64,000 bases of DNA, taken from Anolis carolinensis (lineage: Eukaryota). Shown piece by piece: positions 38,372-48,467 of this stretch. Under the pieces are notes generated by a model. It was given only the letters and a program-made list of their open reading frames with translations. It did not search any database and was not told the DNA's origin. The DNA is taken from positions 65,456,201-65,520,200 of the forward strand of contig NC_085843.1 in assembly GCF_035594765.1 (NCBI RefSeq), read 5' to 3'. Each line of letters opens with the position of its first letter. Within the stretch, counting starts at the first letter, position 1. Position numbers and translations under genes: made by a program.

Positions 38372-39463
38372 TTGGGGAGCCCTCTCAGCCCAGTAGTAGC
38401 AAATTTCTATATGGAATACTTTGAAAAACAGGCCCTAGAAACAGCACCAGAAAAGCCAACTGTTTGGTTCAGATACGTAGATGACACCTTCACAATTTGG
38501 AGCCATGGAGAGGAAGAACTCAGCAAGTTCCTGGACCATCTTAACAGCATCCACCCAAACATCCAATTCACCATGGAAAAAGAAAAGGAAGGAAAACTGC
38601 CATTTCTAGATGTTCTGGTCATCCGCAAACCCAATCAACAATTGGGTCACACAGTTTACAGAAAACCTACACACAGAGATAGATACCTTCATAAAAACTC
38701 CAACCATCACCCAAGTCAAAAAAGGAGCACAATCAAAGCCCTGACAGACCGTGCACAAAGAATCTGCGAACCTCACCTCCTCCAAGGTGAACTCAACCAC
38801 CTAAACTGGGCTCTACAGGCCAATGGATATTCCACCACAGACATCAGAAGAGCTGCAAGGCCAAGAACAAGCCATGAGAGTCAAGACAAAGATCCACCCA
38901 GAGGAAAGGTGTTCTTACCATACATCAAGGGAACCACTGACCGCATAGGCAAACTGATGAAGAAACACAACCTACAAACTATCTACAGACCCACAAAGAA
39001 AATCCAACAAATGCTACGGTCAGCGAAGGACAAGAGGGATCCTCTCTCTTCTGCAGGAGTCTACCGGATACCATGCAGTTGTGGACAAGTATACATAGGG
39101 ACTACTAAACGCAGCGCCCAAACAAGAGTCAAAGAACATGAAAGGCATCGCAGACTAATTCAACCAGAGAAATCAGCCATAGCAGAGCATTTGATGAACC
39201 AGCCTGGACACAGGATACTATTTGAGAACACAAAAATGCTGGACCATTCCAACAACTATCATGTCAGACTACACAGAGAAGCCATTGAAATCCACAAGCA
39301 TGTGGACAACTTCAACAGAAAGGAAGAAACCATGAAAATGAACAAAATCTGGCTACCAGTATTACAAAACTCCAAAATCAAAACAGTAGATGGAAACTCT
39401 GAGGGCTTGACTGAACAAAGGATGCCCCCAGGCAAGAGACAAAACATTTTCAATGCTAATTAG
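38372..39463 (+). CDS. Penelope RT (C-terminal half) + GIY-YIG endonuclease; uninterrupted but lacking its N-terminus
   Basis: GSPLSP, WFRYVDDTF, LPFLDV, VYRKPTH, GVYRIPCSCGQVYIGTT..R..EH, SAIAEH, REAIEI, FNR. Confidence 0.92.
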   Translation: MGSPLSPVVANFYMEYFEKQALETAPEKPTVWFRYVDDTFTIWSHGEEELSKFLDHLNSIHPNIQFTMEKEKEGKLPFLDVLVIRKPNQQLGHTVYRKPTHRDRYLHKNSNHHPSQKRSTIKALTDRAQRICEPHLLQGELNHLNWALQANGYSTTDIRRAARPRTSHESQDKDPPRGKVFLPYIKGTTDRIGKLMKKHNLQTIYRPTKKIQQMLRSAKDKRDPLSSAGVYRIPCSCGQVYIGTTKRSAQTRVKEHERHRRLIQPEKSAIAEHLMNQPGHRILFENTKMLDHSNNYHVRLHREAIEIHKHVDNFNRKEETMKMNKIWLPVLQNSKIKTVDGNSEGLTEQRMPPGKRQNIFNAN

Positions 39464-39708
39464 GGTGATTAACTGAAACATTAATGCTGGCTCCCAGTGA
39501 CAAAGGACTCTTGCCACACCCTGGACTCTACACAGATATATATTCTTTCCTTTCCTTACTTAGTTTATCCATACCTCACAACCTCTGAGGATGCCTGCCA
39601 TAGATGTGGGCAAAACGTCAGGAGAGAATACTTCTGGAACATGGCCACACAGCCCGAAAGACATACAACAACCCTGTGATCCCGGCCATGAAAGCCTTTG
39701 ACAACACA
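38375..39708 (+). mobile_element. Penelope-like retroelement, 5'-truncated
   Basis: RT + GIY-YIG ORF, pLTR-like 3' region ending ACAACACA; TSD TTTAGAAATTG at 38364-38374 and 39709-39719. Confidence 0.95.
39582..39622 (+). ncRNA. Minimal type-I hammerhead ribozyme motif with G12>A
   Basis: CCU / CUGAGGA (39585) / U / stem II GCCUGC-GUGGGC / AAAA in place of GAAA / palindromic ACGU / GUC cleavage triplet / AGG. Confidence 0.7.
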
Positions 39709-40395
39709 TTTAGAAATTGTTCTGTCTGTACAATTTTTGTTACTACAAAGGGAACCAGGCAGTATGTTCCATTCTACTATATCAAGAGTTACATCATGCA
39801 AGTCCTTTAGGCGCTAATTACAGAAAATATTTATTTGTGCACGTTTTTGAAATATGGGTGCTCTTTTCCTTTCTGGGTGATTTTAATAATGGTTTTACTG
39901 TATTTGGTTTGTGAGTTTAGAGTTATTATTTTAATTGTAATTTAACTTTTCAAATGTTTCAGGCTGATGAAAAGAAATCAACTATGGACAAGATAAAGTT
40001 AGAAAAGCGAAATGAATTGGATTTTGTGCAAATGCCAGAACATGTGTTCTTATATTTCTTCAGTGCAATTTTTCCTTTACAAAAGGATGCACAGCTAATT
40101 TTAATTTTTTTGACCTCTTTTAACTTGTTAAATATAGTTTCAGTCTGTTTAAATTATTTTGATTGTTTTCTATTTTTCATTGTTTCAAGCTATTAAATTA
40201 AGCTTACTTGAGACAGTATGATATAGACCAGGATGAAATACTGTACAATCCCTGTGTTTGCTGGACTGATATCCATGGTTTAACATACTCATATTTTCAG
40301 AAATATGTTCTTGGTAGACATTTTCTAGGTCATCCAGTGCAAGTCTATGGTATGTTTTCACTGGAAACTGACTACAGAGTCATGCTGAAGGACCT

Positions 40396-40729
40396 AGGTA
40401 AAGGTAAAAGGTTTTCCCCTGATGTTAAGTCCAGTCATGTCTGACTCTGAGGGTTGGTGTTCATCTCCATTTCTAAGCCGAATAGCCGCCGTTGTCTGTA
40501 GACACCTCCGAGGTCATGTGGCTGGCATGACTGCATGGAGTGCCATTACCTTCCCGCCAGAGCGGTACCTATTAATCTACTCACATTTGCATGTTTTCGA
40601 ACTGCTAGGTTGGCAGGAGCTGGGGCTAGCAGCGGGCGCTCATTCCGCTCCCGGGATTTGAACCTGGGACCTTTCGGTCTGCAAGTTCAGCAGCTCTGCG
40701 CTTTAACACACTGCGCCACCACCAGGGGC
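40396..40729 (-). mobile_element. Sauria SINE, full length, inserted into an older Tigger-like MITE
   Basis: On the minus strand: A box TGGCGCAGTGTG, B box GGTTCAAATCC, (ACCTTT)n tail. Confidence 0.88.
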
Positions 40730-41078
40730 AGATGTCCTCTCTCCGTACTTTCTTGGTTCCTCAGCATAATTCTTTGTATGCTTCCACCAAAGATTGTCCA
40801 TTTCAACAGAGTTGACTATTATCTATGGTTTCACATTTCTATTGTACGTCCAGAAATGTATTCCCCCATCCATATAGAAGTCTGGGTCATACTATATTCT
40901 AGTAATAATAAAAAGTGTATAATGGATTAGGTAATGAGTTGCATAACTGGAAGTTGAATGCACACATGTAAAACTAGATGTTCTACCATCTTGTGGAATG
41001 GCATTCTTGGTTCTCTATAACTAAGGAACCCACAGTATAATCCTATGCCTAGTAGTTGCTTGATCATATGTTCATTAG

Positions 41079-41301
41079 ATCCACAGTGGCGCAATGGGTT
41101 TTGTGCTGGCTGAACTACTGACCTGAAGATCTAAAGGTTGGCCATTCAAATCCACGAGATGGGATGAGTTCCTATCTGTCTACCCCAGCTTCCCATGTGG
41201 GGACATGATAACACATTTGGGCGTCCCCTGGGCAATGTCTCTGTAGACAGTCGATTCTCTCATACCAGAAGTGTCTTGCTTGCTTCTGACATGATAAAAA
41301 A
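41079..41301 (+). mobile_element. tRNA-derived SINE with A-tail (same family as 52380-52641), degenerate
   Basis: TGGCGCAATGGG A box, CATTCAAATCC B box, shared GGGCGTCCCCTGGGCAA and CCAGAAG..CTGACA..AAAAA. Confidence 0.8.
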
Positions 41302-42469
41302 TGTTAATTGAGTTAAGTAGGACTTACTCTCAAATAAGTACACATGTGATTGCCACTATCACCCTGTAGCCAATCAAAAGCTGGTCATGTACGTCACATC
41401 ACTGCACCTCCAATATGTGCTTGTTAAGTCGCAAAGACAATATGAAATACTGGGAACGTAGATATCTGCATCTTAGGAGAAGTGACTAGAAGCACTTTTC
41501 CAGGTGATTCAAATTTTTTTACCAGATCTTTATCATTCTATTAACATGATTTTTCTAGGGGAAAGAGATTACCCTTTTTCATGGTGTACATCATAATCTG
41601 CAGTGAACTATCTCTAGTGGGTGACACTTTGTAATAATTGGTCTAATCTTTATTAATTTCTTCTGTATTCATTGTAGTAACATTAATCATCGGATACACT
41701 TTTGGTATTAATTTGAATGTCACAGGTACTTTCTTAGCAGTTCCATTGTAATTCGGGATTAATTAATTTACTGTTCCTGCCAATTTTGATTTAAAAGTTA
41801 GAGGTAAAGCACAAAATCCACCTTGACAGTTGCTTAATTTTTTTACACACTTTGGACTGGTAGTGCAAATACCTTGGTTATAGTTGTGTTTCCAAAGGAA
41901 TTACATATTTTAATTGAATCTATTCTACAAGTTTTCTTTTGGGATAACCCAGCAATCTGTAAACTACTTTGCCCCTCTGGACTTCTTAATGTACTTCTGA
42001 AGACTAGAGCCTCTCCAGAAGGCCAAGGTTGGTTGATATAATTTTGACTAAACAAGAGTAGTCAAGCAACAGCAAACCCTCTTTGTATACACTATGTTCA
42101 GCATGACATTATCTGCTGGAGTAGCTGAAGTGATGGAACAAATATGCAGTATATATAGCACCTAACCAATGATGAGATTAGTGGGGGGCATGAACTGAAA
42201 TCTTGAAGAATATAATCTATATGAATGGGGAAGTGACAGTTTATGATTTTTAAGGTCTCAGTACAATCGTAGTCAGAGGACAAGTTTCTACACATTGGTG
42301 AATTCATTCTTACAAGTGTTCAGCAGAAGGTATTTATGGATTTATTGACTTCTCTGTTAGTATTGATTTGATGACATCCAGTAGAACTAATGCCTGCTGG
42401 AGCTGATAGTGAAGTTAAAGCTGGCGGCTAGCACAATGGAGGTATGTATGCTATATGAAAAGCTCCTAA

Positions 42470-42681
42470 GGACCTTATCACACTAAAATATCTATCCACT
42501 TTAAATGCTGTGGCTGCCTCCTGAAAAATTCTGGGATTTGTAGTTCAATGAAGTCCAGGACCTCTCTTGCTGAGCAGTTTAAAGGCCCCTTTGTAAACTA
42601 CAAACCCCAGAATGATGCAGGAGGCAACAACAGCATTTAAAGTGGATAGACACTCTGTGATGAAGTTGTAAGTGAGAGGCC
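42470..42681. mobile_element. Harbinger-type MITE
   Basis: Perfect 21-bp inverted repeat TCTATCCACTTTAAATGCTGT / ACAGCATTTAAAGTGGATAGA. Confidence 0.75.
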
Positions 42682-44774
42682 AACAACTAAAGCAGATCCA
42701 GGGACAAATATTCTGGCACTTTTTAGCGGCCACATGGACCGCCCAAAGAGCTCTCCTTCTCAAAAAGAAAGAGGCATTTCAAAAAGTCTGTTTTTCATTT
42801 TGAAAAACAAGGATTTTAGGAATTCCTTAATGTTAAACTCTGTGTGTGTTCATGCAGATGTGTGCTCATACACACTATCTATATCAATGGTTCCTCCTGG
42901 GGGAGAGCAGAAGGAGGAGTGGGAAACTATTTAAACCCCTTTTGACCAAAATAAGGACAGTCTGCAGAGTCAGGAATAGTCAAGGGACACAGAGGCAGCC
43001 TTGGGATGTGCATGTAGAAAAGGACCATAGATTCCACCAACTGGCTTATTAGTCCCTTGTGAACTGGATGGCTGCTAGTGGGCTGGAACTTCAAATGAAT
43101 GAATCCTACCCTGAAATAGATTCAGCACTGTGGATAGCTTTGGAAGTTCCTACTTGCTAGCTGGGATAACTGGTGGTGATAGTGGGTGGTGCCAATGTGC
43201 CCAAACCAGAGCAACACATCTGTATCACTGCATTGATTAGATAATATCAGCATTTCTGGGCAGCGTGGGATTTCCCTTACGTTTTTCTTTATGGTGTTGA
43301 CTTTGCTGAGCGTTTCCTCATTATATGATGGAGAGGGAAAAATTTTGTGGTTCAAGCATAGGCTTGTATGGGTTTGTGTACTGCTGCTTTGTGAGAACCC
43401 TGACGTAAAGTTATCTCTGCAGAACATGAAAGGTAAATGTTTTTTTTTTTTTGGTTTTTTTTTTTTTAGAAATTGAAAATATAATGGTAACTAATTAGTT
43501 TTTGGTTCTTTGGACTATATTGGTAATGAATTAATATAATTTTAATGTAAGAAATAAAAGTATCTTTGAAAGCAATTTTCCAAGATCTAAAACAAACTCT
43601 AACTCATCAGATGGGCTGATTCATTCGTCGTATGCCGCTTGCTCTCCATTTTCGACACAGAGCCCATTACACGATACACATGTACTTCCAGCCAGGCTCC
43701 ATGCCAAAAGAGAAGAGCAAGCAGTGTACGTGGCTATGGCAGTAACATGGATAAACAGGGGGAAGTCCAGGGGGAAGCCGAGCGGCAATGCTTCCCCCTG
43801 TGGAATGGGGTTCCAGGTAAGTTGGACAATGCGGGGCATGGAGTGATGGGTTCACCACACACCCCGTTGGGACCTCATGGATTTGCCATGGTGTGTGGTG
43901 AATCCTTATCCTTTTGTGATGAGGTCCTTGTAAATAAATGAATTTTAATGCCAGCCTCTTTGACAAAAACAAAAAGACAGGATTGTATTTCTAGTCAAAG
44001 AAGCACCTGGAGAAGGGACTGATTTCCAGTACCATGTCTTCAATCTTTAAGACAGCCTGGTGATGGGCTAATTGTACTTCACTGCAGAGAAATAGCTCTG
44101 CTTGACCAGAGCAATGAATGAGGATACAATGAGAGCTCTAATGACAGAGTTCTTTCTCTAGATCTCATCAGTTTTAAGGTGCTGCAGGAGGTTGCAATTT
44201 TATATATGGGGGAAAGGATTTGATGCTTTGAGAACATTAGAGAAGCTGAAAGAGGAAAAGCACAATGTTCTTCCTTGCCCCCTGCTGATTTCCAGATCTT
44301 ATTTGGATATATCTAAACTGAGAACAAATGTGTTCTCTGTAATATGTAGGCAGAATGTATCATTCTGTACATCTGTTTCAGGATAAAAGCCAAACTGAAA
44401 GAATTGCATACATCCTGAATATAATTTATTTTGAAATAAATGTTAGAAAGGAACAATAGTACTTAAAAGAGGCATTTGTGGAGGTAGATGCTGTTTTATT
44501 GTCATGTTTTGCTAGGATCCAGAAGTATGAAAAGACAGGTGCATGAAAAGGTAGGTTCATCAGCTCCAGGCTAGTTTTATTTACATAATTGACCATTTTT
44601 TTTCTCTTTTTGAATAAATTAATGGGCATATGAGAAAGTAATTACTGGGAAGGAAAAGTTTTGGCTTAACTCCTTTGTGCCAGTTTGTGCTTTCATGGCT
44701 GTGATCTTTTAAATCCTAGTTGTTTCCATCTGCCCCTTTATTCCAATTCCCCCTGCAACCCCATACAACTTGGA

Positions 44775-45130
44775 TTCAGACTATCTGAAAGATCAAATCT
44801 CCCAGTACTAACCTATCAGAGCCCTAAAATCTTCAGGAGAAGGCTTGCTCTTGGTCCTGCCACCATCACAGACTGACTGGTGAGGATAGGAGAGAGAGAA
44901 CCTTCTCAGTTACTGCTCCCACCCTCTGGGACTCCCTTCAATTGGAAACTAGGCTGGTGAGCTCCCTGATGTCCTTTTGCTGGCAAGCAAAGACATTTTA
45001 ATGTGTAAGTAAGGGGAGCTTTTCATTTTATCAGGGATAATTTTTTTTATCTTTCAAAAGGTTTTATGTGTTAATGGATTTAAAATGTTTATAAACTGAT
45101 ATTACTTTTTTATATTTTTATTGAATTTTT
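44775..45130 (+). mobile_element. Old L2 3' fragment
   Basis: Degenerate YLKDQISQY.PIRALKSSGE..RTFSVTAPTLWDSL. Confidence 0.7.
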
Positions 45131-46242
45131 TTAAAGACTACTGTGCTTGGACATTTCCTTGGGATCATGTTAGAAATACAACCAGAACCAGAAGCTTAAA
45201 GAAAAATTAATTGCTGCAGAAAATAAAAGCAAGAAGGAAACCTGCCTATGCATGGGTTAGTGAAATGGCTGATGTCATGCTACAAAAGACAGGGGGAAAG
45301 CTTGAATGATTTACAACCAGCAACAGCAAGACTGAAAATACATCTTAATCATGTAATCTCCCATCATGTGATAATATGCCTAAGGTTAAGGTGACAGGGA
45401 TCACTTGGTAAGGGCAAGCTGGTGCATTTGCAGGCAGATTACTGGACATGTTAAACAGAGAAGGGGAAGGATTGCTCTACACATGACGTAGGAGAGAAAG
45501 GAGGTTATGCCACACAGGGCAGGGAAGGAAAAAAGATCAGCCCAGATCTCCTACAGCAAGAAACACATGGGAATCCGGGTGACTCATTAGAGCCTACCTG
45601 TGTGAGAGAGATAATGATGCAGTCACAGTGATTTCTGAGGATGAAATAGGAACAAAAAGGAAGTGAAAGTGCCCAGGACAAAATGGGGTTTTTTTTAGGG
45701 GGGGGGGGGAAGGAGAGTGGATTTTTGTCTGAGATAGACACAAAGTTGTATTTGCACATTAAACATGTACTAGATTATTTTAGACTTTTTATGCCTTCAT
45801 TGAAAGCTGGTGCCTCTCCTAAGCTTTTGGGACAAGGCATTTTGAAAATTAAAACTATGAACAGTTGAATATGTATATCCATCTAAACCTAAGCTGGGGA
45901 ATTTGAGTATTGACTGCTTATCAGAGCAGCAAGGATTCAAAAAGAGTGACCAAAAGACAGGTTTTTGTGAGCCTATACTTGAGAAATGTATGTGAAGGAT
46001 ACTTTCAGCACAAGCTGACCTTGTTGCTTTTCCTAAGATGAATATAATGCTATAATTCTTTCACAATTAATCTTTGAAGGCGTGTAAATATTTTTTTTTT
46101 CCTATTTCAAACACTACAAACATAAACCTATCTGTACATCATATGCACATTTCCTTTAGTGGTAGCTGTCAATGGACAGTGAATTGATTCTGGCAGCTTT
46201 AAAAGAACTATCCAAGGTGTTGACCTTAATTTGAAGGTAGTG

Positions 46243-46263
46243 TTCAGCACCTTGGATAGCACA
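46243..46263 (+). promoter_or_regulatory. RE1/NRSE-like (REST) site within a palindrome
   Basis: TTCAGCACCTTGGATAGCACA compared with consensus TTCAGCACCnnGGACAGCGCC; inverted partner at 46208-46223. Confidence 0.55.
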
Positions 46264-46493
46264 TTTAAAGTGCAGTGAAGACCTGGAATGGCTTGGCTGC
46301 TCCACAATCATGAGAACTACTAATTGCAGTTGAACTACATTCCTAATTATTACATGGTGGAAGAGTTATGTTGCAAACCTGATTTTAGCTTGTGTTAAGC
46401 ACAAAGCAATAATTTTCATTCTTACACATGTTTAGTGGGTTATATTCTTATTCTTAATATTGTGCCATTTCCCTCCTTCAAAGCAGCCAAATA

Positions 46494-47277
46494 CCATGTT
46501 TACTTGAATCTAATGCTCAGCCTTTTTGGCTAAATTACATAGCCAAAAGTGAGGTGCACATTAGATTCAATGGTGAGTTAGAATTTCATGCAGGAACCCA
46601 CCTGTACCCCTGTGTCAGGCCAAGGTTAGCAAACTCTCCAACCTAGGCTTGATGGAGGAGCATGGCATCCCAACTGGCCTCATTCATGACCTTTGAAACC
46701 TTCCCCTCAGTTTTGAAGACCACATGAATAAGGCCTTAGTTAGAAAGCAATCACTTATCCATCAGGCTGAGCCTGGTGAACTTAGAGGAGCACAGCTTCC
46801 CCTTGCCTGTCAGCCATTCTGAGGCAGGCAGCAGAACAGTTAACCGCCAAAGGGACATTGACAAAAACAAGTCTCCAAGTTAAAAATATCCAACTTACAA
46901 AAGACTCATAATTACAAACAGGGGTGAGACAACAGGAAATGGGAGAAATCTACCCTTATAAAAGGAAATTTATTCCTGGAAGAACTATCATGGTGAAAAG
47001 GTGTCTCAACCGAAAATTTTGCACCAATCATTGTTTCCCCAACTAGCCAATTTTTTCAAAATCCAATTATCACAGGGATAGAAAGTGAGATGAAATCTTC
47101 TGAACAGGGGCACAAACAGCAAGAAAATCACCACAGGGGTGTTAAGGTTCCCAATGCTATCCAAAATATGTGTGTGTGTGTGTAGTTGGAGTTACACTTA
47201 AAAATGTAGCTGTTCTGACCTACATACAAATTCAACTTAAGAACAAAGCTACAGAACTCATCTTGTTGGTAACTGTA
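46494..47277. mobile_element. Adjacent or nested Tigger-like MITE remnants (46494 onward; about 46862-47277)
   Basis: TA|CCATGTTTACTTGAATCTAATG..CATTAGATTCAA; and CCAAGTTA..CAACTTACAA ... AACTTAAGAACAAA..TCTTGTTGGTAACT. Confidence 0.55.
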
Positions 47278-47306
47278 CTCAAGTAAATACATTAGGTATG
47301 TTCAGG

Positions 47307-47630
47307 TCATTCGTGAGAAGTTGGAAGCTGAAAGCTGTGACATTACTGCCATTAACAAAATCCAAATTTAAAAACTTATTATGGACAAGCCACTAGTTTT
47401 ATTTACCCTTGCCCCTACTCAAGCCTTACCTTAAGGAAATAATTAATTTTAATCTTTTTATTCTGTATTTGCTCAATCACCTAGGAGTGGGTTGGTAGGC
47501 CTGCAGGCCGGGATGCTTTATATCTATAAATGGTTTTATTGTATGTTTGGGTAAGTGTGTACATTTTATATGTTTCATATGTTTTGATATGGTCAAAATT
47601 GACTAATCAATAAAGAGTTGTTGTTGTTAC
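47307..47630 (+). mobile_element. 5'-truncated retroposon of unassigned family
   Basis: 13-bp direct repeat AGGTATGTTCAGG at 47294-47306 and 47631-47643; AATAAA and (GTT)n at the 3' end. Confidence 0.75.
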
Positions 47631-48332
47631 AGGTATGTTCAGGATTACAGCTTTATAATACAGATCTTTTCAGTTTAGTCTTAAATTAGACTCACTCAAA
47701 CCAATCCAGTGGAATTTTCTTCAAGGTATGTCTATAAAGAAGTGTTGATTTAGTTATCCACAATGAACAGAACAGCAGTGTAAGTCCTCTTGTTAGCCAA
47801 AAGGAAAAACAAAAGCTTCCTTGCTGCTTTACTTTGTCTGAAAGTAAAAATATGTTGATACTTCTCCTATATGACAGCAGCAGTAATATGTACATGCATA
47901 ATTCATAACAGAATAAACTGACATGTAGTCCAAAATTTATAGTTACTAGACATATGAAACCCTGGATTTTTTAAGGAGATCAATACATTCATGATAAATA
48001 AATGATCAGAGCATTACAGCTCCGTTATCCCAGCTACCATCAATGCTCTTTGTCATCCAGCCCATTTTGCCCTAGTTGAAAAGGTCCATTAGTCATCTAG
48101 CTATTAAACCTTGTTGTCTTCCTTTTGATTTTTAAGTTGTCTTACCACCAACTATCTTTGCAAGTGACTCAAACTTTTAAGCAAAATGTTAGATGAAATC
48201 TAATCCATTTCTGGATACACAAAGCACCACGACAAGTGCCAATTATTGACACCATCCTATATGTGCATTTGCTTGGGAGTAAATTCCCATTAAACATTGT
48301 GAGATTCACTGTTGGCAACATACAGTTTAAGA

Positions 48333-48467
48333 CTTACATAGCCAAACTTCAGCCCTCCAGGTATTTTGGACTTCAAATTCCATAATTCCTAACAGCTGAT
48401 AAGCAGGCTGGAATTTCTCAGAGTTGAAGTCCAAAATACATGGAGGGCCAAAGTTTGCCTATGCCCA
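48333..48467. mobile_element. hAT (Charlie-like) MITE
   Basis: Inverted repeat CAAACTT..GCCCTCCA / TGGAGGGC..AAGTTTG; 8-bp TSD GTTTAAGA at 48325 and 48468. Confidence 0.82.
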
